A DNA stretch of 64,000 bases from Camelus ferus (Eukaryota): NCBI RefSeq assembly GCF_009834535.1, contig NC_045720.1:372001-436000 (forward strand), read 5' to 3'. Under the pieces are notes generated by a model that saw only the letters and a program-made list of their open reading frames with translations, made no database searches and had not been told where the DNA came from. Both the position numbers and the translations under genes were made by a program. Positions 23,030 through 50,138 of the stretch are shown here, one piece after another. Each line of letters opens with the position of its first letter. Position 1 is the stretch's first letter.

Positions 23030-23369
23030 CTAATCCAAATGCGTGTGTGTGTGCGCGCGCGCGCGTGTGTCTGTGTGTGGCGGCGGCAGCTGCGGGGCCG
23101 CCCACGCGGGCTTGCATGGTTGAGGAGGGGTGCTGGGACCCCTAGGCCGCCCCCGGACCCCGGGAGTCGCCCGCCCTCTCAAAGCCGTTTCCCGCCCCGG
23201 CATCAGCCCTACTACAACTCCCAAGATGCTTCGAGCGTCAGGACTACACTTCCCGGGATGCTCCGCGGCGCGCGGGCAGGACTGGGCCTGCGCTCGGGCC
23301 CTAGGGGCGGGGCCGCGGCGGCGGAGCGAGGGCGCGGGAAGTCCGGAATCCGCGCGCGGCAGCCAGAGT
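23030..23369 (+). promoter_or_regulatory. CpG-island promoter of TONSL
   Basis: TTTCCCGC (E2F-type) at 23188-23195, two ACTACA..TCCC...ATGC ZNF143/THAP11-type motifs (23211-23229, 23243-23261), a GC box near 23305, GCGCGGGAA at 23332-23340, and an alternating purine-pyrimidine tract at 23040-23070. Confidence 0.75.
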
Positions 23370-35156
<11,787 letters not shown>

Positions 35157-35199
35157 CAGGCCAGCACCATGCCCGCCCTCCCTGCCCACCCAAGCCCCT

Positions 35200-35205
35200 A
35201 ATAAA
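35200..35205 (+). terminator. Polyadenylation signal of TONSL
   Basis: AATAAA 44 nt after the TONSL stop codon. Confidence 0.85.
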
Positions 35206-35334
35206 GCAACTCTGCTGCTGCCTCCACCTCCCTCTGCAGCTGCTTGAAAGGCTGGTGGGAGGTGGAAGGCGGAAGGCGGGGTTTGCTTTGCTGTTGGGAA
35301 GCTCAGAGCCCTCTGGAATTGAGGGTATCACTGC

Positions 35335-35760
35335 ATATATACAGCAAGCCAAAATTCTGAGACGCCAGGTTTGAAGCAGAAAAAGGATTTGTTCACAAGG
35401 CCACCAAGTAAGGAGGTGGGAGGATAGTTCTCAGTCCACTTCCCAGAAGAGTAAGGGCTTGGGATATTTGTGGGATAAACAAGCAGGGTGGTCTTAGGCA
35501 GGGGGAAAGGAGACTGGGAGGTAGGGGAGGTGAGCATCAGTGTGCCTCACAGGTGTACCTGAGTTATTTGCTTCTTCCTGGGACCCATGTTCAAAAGTGG
35601 TGGCGCTTGGCATGATCTGAGGGGGGAGTTCTGGGCCTTCTGATATCAAAAGGGTATCAGACACGTGCAGGCCCAGGGGGCAGTGTTCCTGGCCAGTCTT
35701 AACTGGCTTGTTCAAACTGGACACAGCCGACTCCAACTAACTGAAAAACAACAGAGAGGA
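35335..35760. mobile_element. Probable ERV/LTR relic between TONSL and the VPS28 promoter
   Basis: CAGCAAGCCAAAATTCTGAGACGCCAGGTTTGAAGCAGAAAAAGGATTTGTTCACAAGGC...GGGATATTTGTGGG resembles antisense ERV1-class LTR ends as I recall them. Family not determined. Confidence 0.4.
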
Positions 35761-35949
35761 AATATCTTTATTAGGACACGCAAACACTAGTAACAAAGCG
35801 AGCGTGGTCAGTGAAGCAGGTTAAAGAGGAGCGAATTTTAACGACGAAGGCAAGCTTAGGAATTTCTGCTAGTCCCAGCTTCCGTTAACCCTATGGGGCC
35901 CAGGGTCAAGGGCAGATCTGGCCACACAGAGGCCCTACAGGTGAAGGCA

Positions 35950-36600
35950 AAGCCTTTCACTACCGCAGCCTCCAGTCCCTGTCAGGCGGGACTCGGGTTC
36001 CATCCCCAGCGGGGCGGGGAACCAGCGCCGAGGCGGGGGCGCGCGCAGGCGCAGGCGCCGAGGCGGGGCGCGTGCAGGCGCAGACGCAGACGCCAGGGCC
36101 CAGCGCCGAGGCGGGGCGCGCGCAGGCGCAGGGCCCCCGCGCCATCTCCAGCACCTGCGAGGCGGTCCAGGTACTGCGGGCCCGGGGGCGGGAGAGGGCG
36201 GCTTGCCGGATGGGCGAGGGCTACGGGCCCAGGCCCGCGGGCATCGCCACGCCGCGGAGGGCAGTACTCGCGCCCGCGCTCCTCTTCTCTCCCCATCTTG
36301 GGGTCCCCTTTCCGGGCGCCCCCGGTCTCCTGGCTCTGGCTCCGCCCGGGTCCCGAAGCTGTCAGCCGTTTCCCCGGGACCGGCGTCTCAGAGCGTGGCG
36401 CTCATGGCGGCCGGGCCGCCGGTCGTCCAGAGGCTCCTGCGGCCCGCATGCGCGCCTGCACCCGGTCAGCCCGATCCCAGGGCGTCCCGCTCGCCTGGAC
36501 GTGGTAGCCGTCCGAATGGGAGGCCCCCACGCACTCGCTGGGGCCTTTCTCTGCAAGCTGGCTACTCTGGCTCAGGGGCCTGTTTGTGAGATTTAGACGA
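35950..36600 (+). promoter_or_regulatory. CpG-island promoter / non-coding first exon region of VPS28
   Basis: CpG-rich, with repeated GC-box plus GCGCAGGCGCA (NRF1-type) modules at 36025-36131. A possible exon-1 donor is CCAG|GTACTG at 36170/36171; exact exon 1 limits are uncertain. Confidence 0.7.
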
Positions 36601-36949
36601 GGATTCGCTTGTAGCCGGGGACGGTCGTTTTCGTGGCTAAGTGGAATCCCGCTGTAGGCCTACAGACGGTTCTTTTATTCCTCTTCCTTAAGTCCACTCT
36701 GTTCAACCTCGTCCTCTCTGATTTCCAGGAGGGTACCTGAATGGTCTCCGTGTCCCCACCCCCGTGGACTCTTGTAATTGCATCCGCCTTCTCAACCCCG
36801 CCACACACACCCGCCGCTTGCCTTGCTGCTTAACTTGAACAACGTTGCCCTTTCCCAGCCTTTATCTCGCCTCCCTGCTGCCCATCCTCCACACGCTGGG
36901 GTGCCCAGGGCCCAGCTAGCGCTGCTCTCTCTCCTGCCTTCGTTCACCT

Positions 36950-37860
36950 TTAGCCATCCATCCCTACAGTGTCACTGGCTCAGCTCTGCCCGCCCAGGCC
37001 TCTCCCCTGACCTCCAGCTGCCTCTGCAGCCTTTTTGGATGTCTATGGAGTCTCTCAGACCCAACACATCCTAACCATGGTGCTTTCCCGCACACCGCCT
37101 GCCCTGGAAACCCTGCTTTGTCCACCTTCACCATCTCAATTCACTTTACTGCTGTGGTGCCACTGGTCCAAAAATAAGGGTGTCATTCTTGAGTCTTTTA
37201 AGTTTTATCCCATTTCACATCTTTCATTGGGTCTGGTGGTTCCACTTCCAAAGCATGGCTGGAACTGGCCCCAGCCATCACATCAATTTCCTGCCTGGGC
37301 AGGGGCCTCCTGCGTCCACTCTGGTCAGCCCACCGCCCTTCCGGAGCCCCCAAAACTTGTCTTCAGCCCTCTAGCAGTTCCTACTGGCTGCTCTAGGGTG
37401 AACCCAGACTCTTCGTCCTGGTCTGTGAGAGTTGTGCTCTTTGATCCCCTGCCTGTCTGTCCCATCCCCTGGGACGCTTCTCACTCAGGAAGCCCCCTAC
37501 CCCACCCTGCTTCTGTGTCTCTGAGTGCATTCCTCTTGTTCTGTGTCCTTTTCCTCTGCCCAAATGCTCTTCTCCTAGTCATCTCTCTGATAGCTGCAGC
37601 CTCTTCCTCTTCCTCCTGGTCACCTGCTCTAGGGCAGCCCCCACCCTACACCAGTACCCCCCACGCCCCACCAATGTGCTACTCTCCTGAGGTGCTCACC
37701 TGCACCTGCTTCCTTCTGGCAGCCTTCAGGGCGGGGCTAGTGTTCCCACCACGGTGCACAGCACCTTGTGTGTTCATTGCTGTTTTTCATCTTGTTTCTG
37801 CCGAGGGTGCGAAGGCTCTTCATGAGGCCCAGTGCTCAGGGATGTTAGGGGTCACCTTTG
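36950..37860 (+). mobile_element. L2 LINE relic (VPS28 intron 1)
   Basis: CCAAAAATAAGGGTGTCATTCTTGAGTC...CCACTTCCAAAGCATGGCTGGAAC resembles the L2 3' region, and the strand is pyrimidine-rich. Boundaries are approximate. Confidence 0.55.
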
Positions 37861-37915
37861 AGTCAGCACTTGCTCTGCTCCCCAGGTCTCTGCTGTGGCC
37901 ACCTGAGCCTGCAGG

Positions 37916-40789
37916 ATGTTTCACGGGATCCCAGCCACTCCTGGCATGGGAGGTGAGTGTGGCCCAAGCTGGGCCCAGGGACCCAAAGCGCCCAGGCTTT
38001 CAGCCTTTGCTGCAGAAGCTGAGGGGAGCAGCGGCAGGGGGAATGTGGGAGGTCTGTTTAAGTGTCCGCCCCCATAAAGCCTCAGAGTGGCCAGGGGCCC
38101 AGAGACCTCCTCCAGGTGGGACCAGCTGGGCACAGAGATGACAGCTTTAGTGTGGCTGGAACTTCAGGGGGTCTTGGGTATCCTGGAGTCACCAAACCAG
38201 GGGAAAGATTATGAAGCATGTGACAAACATTTGTGGTCCATCACTGCATCATAAGCGAGGTATGTGTGGTCACTCAGCTGTAAAGTGGGGTAGCCAAGAA
38301 GCAGAGGTATAATGGAGGGCCAGGCCTGGCACGTGGCACACTGGACCCAGAGGCATTTCCTCTGCTTAGGTACCCCCACAAACTGATGGGGGCACTGAGA
38401 CTGAAATTCCTCTGGTTACCCCTGAGCCCTTTGGGACATAGCACTGGGGAAGCCTTGAGAGGGTTGCTGAAATGGAGCTGAGGCCAGGGGTCGCCATCGT
38501 GAGCAGACTGCCAGCTGTCTGCCTGTTCTATTGCAGCCCCTGGAAACAAGCCGGAACTATATGAGGTGAGTGGTGGACACCTGCCTGGCACCATTGGTCC
38601 CTTTGAGCCTCACCGGGTACTGTAGTCACCCTAGTGCTGCTGGCTGACCCCCTGCTCCATCTCCGCAATAGGAAGTGAAGCTGTACAAGAACGCCCGTGA
38701 GCGAGAGAAGTGAGTCTGGCACCCAGGCTGCCTGCTTCCCCCAACAGCACCCTCCTCCCACTGAGGGTCAGGAGGACATGGGGTCAGCCTGGGCAAACAG
38801 TTTTCAAGTAGCCTTTGCCAGGGGCGGGGTGAGAGGTGACCAAACACCAAGCTCTGCTCCCATATCTCCCACCCTGGGTGGGGCCGGTGCCCTGGATGGG
38901 GCCCTGGGCTTGGGACCCCGGCTTCCCTGCCTTGGCAGCCACACCTAAAGGATGCACCTTCAGGTATGACAACATGGCCGAGCTGTTTGCCGTTGTGAAG
39001 ACGATGCAGGCCCTGGAGAAAGCGTACATCAAGGACTGCGTCACCCCCAACGAGTGAGAGCCCGCCTTCCCTGCACCACCAGTGGGCACCTGTCCTTGAA
39101 AGCTTGTGTTTGTCCTCCAGGGGCTGGGTGCTCAGTGCGAAGGAAGAGCAGGGGCCCAGCCTGAGGCCTGGGTCTGAGGCCCAGCCAGCACAAGGAGGGT
39201 CCCCCGGGTGCTAGGGCCTTGGCGCCATCTCAGCCAGAGAAGTCCTGGCAGCAGTACTGAAGTGTTCTGGGGGAGAGGTGAGCCCACCACCCTGGTCCTG
39301 GGGTTCCGTCCCACCCCTCCTCCCTCAAGCCTCATCAGTGCACAGGCTTAGAAGGCAAGCAGGAGGGCTCAGAGGTCAGTCTGTGAGGTGCTGCTGGCCA
39401 GGCCTGGCCGCCAGGAGTTCCCCGGGGCCTTGGTTCAGTGCAGCAGGCCCAGCCCACAGGACCCCGAGCTGTTGATGTGGAGGTGTGGCCAGCATGGTCC
39501 AGGAGAGCAGGCTTGAGGGGGCAGGCTGGGCCTCTGCCTAGCGCCGGGCTTGGGGCCAGTCTGCACAGGGCTGGTCCTGTATGGCAGCCGTATTTTGGCC
39601 ACTGTCTTCCTTCCCTCCCAGAGTTCTTTTCTTGTATAAACCAAGTGGGAAGGCTCAACTGTCAATGGCACATCTCTGGGCCTTCACCAGCCCTCCCTGG
39701 AAGGGCCAAGGGTAAGCAGGACGTGCCAGGTATAGCTGGCCCGGTGCTGAGGGCGGGAGTGTAACCCTCTCCCTAGGTACACGGCGGCCTGCTCCCGGCT
39801 CCTGGTCCAGTACAAAGCTGCCTTCCGGCAGGTTCAGGGCTCAGAGATCAGTTCCATTGATGAGTTCTGTCGCAAGTTCCGCGTGAGTTAGTGGCCCCTC
39901 CACCCTGAGGGGCGGTGGGAGGTGTGGGCGCTGTGCGGCTGGGCCTGGCTGCCCTGCAGGGCCCGGCTGCCCTGCAGGGCCCAGCACTGGGTGCTCTCCC
40001 TCAGCTGGACTGCCCGCTTGCCATGGAGAGGATCAGGGAGGACCGGCCCATCACCATCAAGGACGACAAGGGCAACCTCAACCGCTGCATCGCTGATGTC
40101 GTCTCGGTGGGCCTCGCCAGGGCTGTGGCTCCCTGGGGCCCCTCCCTATACTGAACCCACAGGGGACGGGCCCAGAGCTCCCGTGCCCCAGCAGGGCTGT
40201 GTGGCCTTGAGGCCTGGGGCCAAGTGGTGCAGGAGGAGGCCCAAGGCTGAGGAGGGCCAGGGGCTGGGTGGGGCTGACCCTGGTGGCCCTGCAGAGGAAC
40301 CAGGCGTGTGGCTGCAAGAGGTCTCCCTCTCTTGGCCCCTGGTGGGGTCTGTGTCACCTCACACACGCTTGTCCCCAGCTCTTCATCACGGTGATGGACA
40401 AGCTGCGCCTGGAGATCCGCGCCATGGACGAGGTGCGGCTTCTGGGGGGTGAGGGGGGCCGGAGGAGGGAGAGGGGGTCCCAGCGGGCACTGTTTCCACA
40501 GATCCAGCCTGACTTGCGGGAGCTGATGGAGACCATGCATCGCATGAGCCACCTGCCCCCTGACTTTGAGGGCCGCCAGACCGTCAACCAGTGGTGAGTG
40601 TGTGTCTCCTGCCCAGCTGCCCCGCCCCAACCCGCGCTCCCCCTGCGTCCCCCAGCGCTGTGCTCCCACAGGCTGCAGACCCTGAGCGGCATGTCCGCGT
40701 CCGACGAGCTGGACGACTCCCAGGTGCGCCAGATGCTCTTTGACCTGGAGTCAGCCTACAACGCTTTCAACCGCTTCCTGCACGCCTGA
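37916..40789 (+). CDS. VPS28: ESCRT-I subunit VPS28, 221 aa, 9 coding exons
   Basis: Exons 37916-37952 ([12 protein letters not shown]), 38537-38565, 38672-38709, 38964-39053 ([24 protein letters not shown]), 39777-39882, 40005-40106 ([10 protein letters not shown]), 40379-40432, 40502-40593, 40672-40789 (...[16 protein letters not shown]). The total of 666 nt is in frame. Confidence 0.97.
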
Positions 40790-40913
40790 GCCTGCGCCTC
40801 CCTGTCCCGAGAAGGTTCCGGCATCCCCCGGACGTCTGCACATGTCTCGCTGTCCGCAGCAACCCCGTCAAGTGTGTCTGTCCGTGGTCTCTAACCTGGA
40901 GCCCCGTCCCCAC

Positions 40914-40919
40914 AATAAA
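40914..40919 (+). terminator. Polyadenylation signal of VPS28
   Basis: AATAAA 125 nt after the stop codon. Confidence 0.85.
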
Positions 40920-42469
40920 GATGCTTTCTGACTTCCCTGCGGGTGTGGGCGGCTCTCCCCCAAGGTCCGCCTTGCGTGGCTGTCTGCCCTGTGGGCCCTG
41001 GGACCCTGCCAGCCTGGAGTGCGTAGGTTCTGCGCAGTAGTTTAGGGGCAGCAGCCTCCCTGTGCGTGAGCCTCCCCCAGGCCAGGATGGCTTGAGTCTG
41101 TTGGCCACTCCTGCCTCCCCACACCCCACCTGAGAGCTTTAGCAGCTTGTTGGAGGCCCGGCCAGCTGGGTGCGGAGGCTGCTGCACTGCCCAGGCTGGA
41201 AGATATGGCCATAGCCCCACCTGCATCTCTGTGCCCTGGAGGACACGTAGGTCAGCTCACCTCACACCTTTTGCTGCGGGGCCCATCCTTGTTCGGTGGC
41301 TTACAGGAGCCCCAGCTGATAACTCGTGGTGGGGTGTTCTCCTGCCCTCCGCTGAGTGTGTCCCTTAGCCCCAGGGCCAGGCCCAGCTGGTAGACACCAT
41401 GGGAGCCCCTGGGCTGGCCTTGCCCGAAGCCTGGTGGGGAAACAAACACCAGTTCCCAGGCACCTGCTACGAAGGCTGCTGCCGTCAGTGCTGAAAGCGG
41501 CCCTGCCCTGTGGTGTTCACGTTCTCGTCCTCGTTCTCATTCTCCTGGGCGGACAGCAGCCAACCGTGAGACCAAGGCTCTGGGTTCCAAGATGGGTTGG
41601 TTCATGTCTTAGCAACCATGGCGTTGGGATAAGGCACGTCCCAGAGTTTCATTGTAGCATTTTCTTTTTCTTAGTGGTGCATCATGATGTCTGTGGCTTC
41701 TAGAGGCAATGAAATAAAGCATATTATTTCAGATGGTGATAGAAGAGGTTGGAGGCTACCAGTGGGGTGGTCACCGACAGCCTCTCAACATTGAGTAGAA
41801 AGATGAGGAGTGAGCCTGTTTCCCCGGGGAGGGTACCTGAGAGCCCTGGGTGCCAGCAAGGTACTCAGCAAAGGCCCCCATCTCACTTGTGTTTTACTAG
41901 GGAAAGACGGTACCCAGGCTGCAGGGAGAGGGCCCATCAGATTCCGGGCATGGACTGTGCTGGGCTGGATGCAGCGAGAGTGAGCCTGGGCCTGAGCACC
42001 TGGGGGTCCGAAGAACTCATGTTGCAACATGGACCCCTGGGGAGCCAGGGCTCTGAGGTGATCAGGGGGGCCTGTTGTGCACGTAGCTGGACGTCAAAGG
42101 CTGGAGTTCCAGAGAGAAGGGTGAAGGCCGGGGTCTCCTATCCTGGGTGCCAGGAATTCTGCCCGAGGTGCAGGACTGGCACTTCTGTGTTTGGAGGCTG
42201 TGGAAAGAAACACGAACACAGGAGCTAAAGAACCGGCGACCAGAGCCTGTGGAGCAGACTGGGGCCCCAGGCTTGGAGGGCGGGGGTCCGGGTGGACTGA
42301 GACTGCAGAAGCACTGCTAAGTCTGACCCATGGGGCTCTTGGTGACCTTCAGGAGGGCATGGGTGGGAGTGAGGCTTCAGGGGAGGCCGCTCGACGGGTG
42401 CCAGAGTGCCCCAATCTGCTGGGAGGGAGCTGAGGGGCCAGAGGGACCAGGGAGGGCTGTTTGGGTCTA

Positions 42470-42900
42470 TTTTAATTTTTTTTATTGCAATGAAATATAC
42501 AAAACATAAAATTTGCACGATAAACACATCTAAGCTCGGTGGCATTAAGTGCATTAACCACTCTGTGCACCTGTTGTCCCATCCACCTCCAGAGCCTTTT
42601 CATCCTTCCAAACCAAAATTGTCCCCCACCGAACAACTCCTGCCCACCCCTCAGCCCCTGGTGCCCACCGTCCTTTCCACTCTAGCTTTACAGAACCATA
42701 CAACTTGTGCTCCTGTAACTGCTCGTTTGACTCGGCATCTTGCCCTCAAGGTTCATCTGTGTGACAGGATTTCCTTTATTTTTTTTGAGAGTATTCCATC
42801 ATATGTATGGACCCTATTTTGTTTAGCCACTTGTGGCACCTGGCTGCTTGCATCCTCTGGCTCTTGTGAACACGCTACTGTGAGCAGGGGTGTGTGTTTT
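42470..42900 (-). mobile_element. Old L1 (L1M-type) 3' end, antisense
   Basis: A T-rich start TTTTAATTTTTTTTATTG...AAAACATAAAATTTGCAC...CCTCCAGAGCCTTTTCATC...CCCTCAGCCCCTGG...AGGTTCATCTGTGTG...AGTATTCCATCATATGTATG is typical of antisense L1MA/MB 3' UTRs. Confidence 0.75.
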
Positions 42901-44419
42901 AGGATGGGAGCAATTGCAGTGCTCTTGCTGGATGCCAGAGGGGCCTGGGGACAACCCGAGCACCAGGCGGGGACAGGCAGACATGCCGGGGAGCCTGTGC
43001 TGCTCTCGGTGGCTGCTCTGGGCTAGAAAGGAGGGCACAGGATGGGAGATGTGGGGGACACAAAACGGAGAACTGCAGGCCAGCACAGAGGTGCCCCAAA
43101 GCCCAAGGGCATGTGGCCGCCTGCCAGGCCTCCACCTGGCGACCTGGGAAGACTGCTGAATGGCTGGGCTGAGGCCTTTCCCCCAGCGCTAAGCCAGCCT
43201 TGAGTAATGGAGCAGAGGCTCCGGCTCCAGCCAGTTTGGGCCCATGGTCTTCAGATCTGTGTGAAGGGTGCCTGAATCATCTCTCCAGCTTCCCTCACTG
43301 ACCCGGGGGCCAGGTACCCTCTGAACCTCCTTATCTGAACCCCTGGCGGGCTTGTACCTTCCCCTCCCCCAATTTCCCTTTAGGACCCACGGATGTCACA
43401 CTGCGGTGCCTTCCAGTGTGTGGGGGCGGGCAGGAGCTCCACCTGAACCCAGGCCCGGGACACCGTCCTCGGCCTGATGCCCTGCCCTGGATGCCACCGG
43501 ACAACAGGGACAGAGTCCTCGGGGCCCAGGCTCCCCACGTCCCTGGAGCTTCTCCCCTGTCCCAACCACGCCCCACAGGCTCAGGGTCCGGGGTCCACTG
43601 AACCAGGCGCGGAAGGGGCCGCCCACACACTCCCTCTAGAAGACAAGGCTGCGCAGAGACCTGCGCTGGGATGTCAGCCGTCTCCCTAGGGTCTGCCCCT
43701 TTCCCTAGACTGCCAACTGGGCAGAGATAAGGCCTGGGAGTTCAAAGGCCAGAGCGGGAGGCAGCAGGGAGGGGCAGGGCCCAGCCCTAGAGCTCAGAGC
43801 CTGGCTGGCCCCACTCCTGCCCTCGGAGCCCAGGGGCCACTTACCAGGGCACCGGGTGGTGGGCCGGGAGGTGCACGCGGAGGGCCCAGGCTCCAGTTGT
43901 TCCTGGTGGGGGGCTTTGGCCATTTCCTAGGGAATTTCCCCTGGAGGGTTTGGAGGGGGGAGCCTGGCCAGCACCTAATCGAGATTGCCTCAGATTCCAG
44001 TGCATTCCAACACGGACCACAGCCCAGGAGGGGAGGGCCCCACCCCCAAGGAGGGCCTTGAGGCTCTGGGAGTGTTTAAGCTGCTGGAGCCAGGAGGCCC
44101 TGCAGGGAAGGCTGCTGGCGGGAGTGGAGTTGGGGCCTTGTGGTGGTTTCCACAAATCTCCACCCCAGGCCCCCCTGGCTTGGGGGCAGCCCCTGGAGGG
44201 AGGGCCACGGGGAGCAGCACCCAGATGAACTGAGTCTCCCTCAAATCGAGTTCCTCTGCCAAGTTTATGCCGAGCCTCTCCATCCTAAACATTATTCCTT
44301 GTTTTGTCCCATACCTGTGCTCCTCAAGACAGAGGAGTGTCAGAGAAAGGAGGGGACTGAAACCCAGCAGGACCCCGTGGGGCCCTCCTGAGTACAAATC
44401 CTTTCCAGTCCCTGCATTT

Positions 44420-44833
44420 GTTTGTAGTAAATAGGCTTTATTCAACCTCTTAAGAACTTCTGCGACTTCTAAGGGCAGATTCAAACAGTTGCTAATCAGG
44501 GAAGTAAGGAAAGCAGAAGCCAAGGAGGAGCCTTCAAGAAGCACAGCCTTAGGGCAGGGTCCCGGGTTCCAGGAACTGAGGCCCCCATCCAGGTGGAGGA
44601 TGGTACCTTTAGGCTGAGCACAAAGTCCCGGAGCCCTGCGCTGTTGACTCCCAGTTACCCACCCTGCAGCCCTCACCCAAATTCTGCCTATTAAAAACTC
44701 CCCCAAAACCGCCGGGGAGGGGAGTTCAGCGTTTTTGAGCACTAGCTGCCTGTTCTCCTTTGCTCGGCCCTGCGATGTTTTGGTCTCTTTGGCCTCTTGG
44801 TGCGTCGGACACACAAACTCCTGTCCGGTAACA
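44420..44833 (+). mobile_element. Probable ERV1-class solo LTR immediately upstream of SLC39A4
   Basis: U3-like CAAACAGTTGCTAATCAGGGAAG, TATA-like CCTATTAAAAA (44687-44697), GGGGAGTTCAGCGTTTTTGAGCACTAGCTGCCTG, and a terminal GGTAACA (44827-44833) typical of LTR 3' ends. The 5' boundary is approximate and the family is not determined. Confidence 0.6.
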
Positions 44834-45131
44834 AGACCCTTGAGGGAGCAGAGGGGCGGCCCTGTCCCACAGTCCTGGAGGGCCGCCCCATCCAGAAGGG
44901 GCCCAGCCATTGCCCCCTAGGACAGCAGCTCCACACTCTAGGGAGGACCTGCCGCTGGAATGGTTAACCCACAACGCCTCTGGCAGCCAATCACAGAGCC
45001 CTGCGGGAAATGCCTGCGGAGATCCTCGTGCCGGGGCCGGGCGGGTCCCAGCCCAGCCCAGCCCCAGTCCGGCACCTGGCAGCCCTGGTGCACACAGCCA
45101 CCCCAAAGCAGGAGGACTCAGGGGCTGCAGC

Positions 45132-49505
<4,374 letters not shown>

Positions 49506-49676
49506 TACCTCTGCCCCGCTTTTGGCCCTTGACTCTGGCCCCTGGCCCTGGATTATCTCAGACTCTTAGAAGTGGCAGCCACACCCAACGTGTAGCCACG
49601 CCTGTGGCCAGCCAGGTACCCCGATAACCCCAAGCCTTTGAGAGTCTCCCTCCCCCAGGCCACAGTGCCCAGCTTC

Positions 49677-49682
49677 AATAAA
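49677..49682 (+). terminator. Polyadenylation signal of SLC39A4
   Basis: AATAAA about 170 nt after the stop codon. Confidence 0.85.
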
Positions 49683-50138
49683 GACATTCTTGTCCTTGGA
49701 GTGTAGCCTGCTCTCCTTGCTCAGAGGGAAAGGTCTCCCACCTTTCTTGGCTCCCTCTCTCCCCAGAGCGGTGCCTGTTGCCTGAAGAAGAGCCAGGATA
49801 ACTGCTCAGGGACCTCCAGGCAGCCAGCCCTAGTGCCCCTAGTCTGTAATGTGGAGACCCTCCCTGGGGAGCAAAGTTAGAGAAATTGGCCGGCTTCTGT
49901 GGGCAGCAGGTAGTACCTGGTGTCCAGTCAGGAATCAAACTTGTTTACGTATAGCAGGAAAAACCAGAAAACAACCAGCCATCCTTATGCCGATGAGGGC
50001 TTTTTTCTCTCTCATGAAAAACGGGTCTGGAGATAATCAGACCGGAGTGTGTGGCAGCCCATGGTCAGTAGGGACCAGGCCTCTACTGGCTCTGCTCCAC
50101 TGTCCTCAGCAGAAGTGTCCATTTCAGAGTTCCCTTGG

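Noticed and set aside
37035-38141. 368-aa ORF in VPS28 intron 1
   Set aside because: It starts at TTG, lies on a pyrimidine-rich L2-derived strand that is poor in stops, is out of frame with VPS28 and shows no domain.
43990-44910. 306-aa minus-strand ORF between VPS28 and SLC39A4
   Set aside because: It overlaps the LTR relic, has no retroviral or other motif and no supporting splice or promoter structure.
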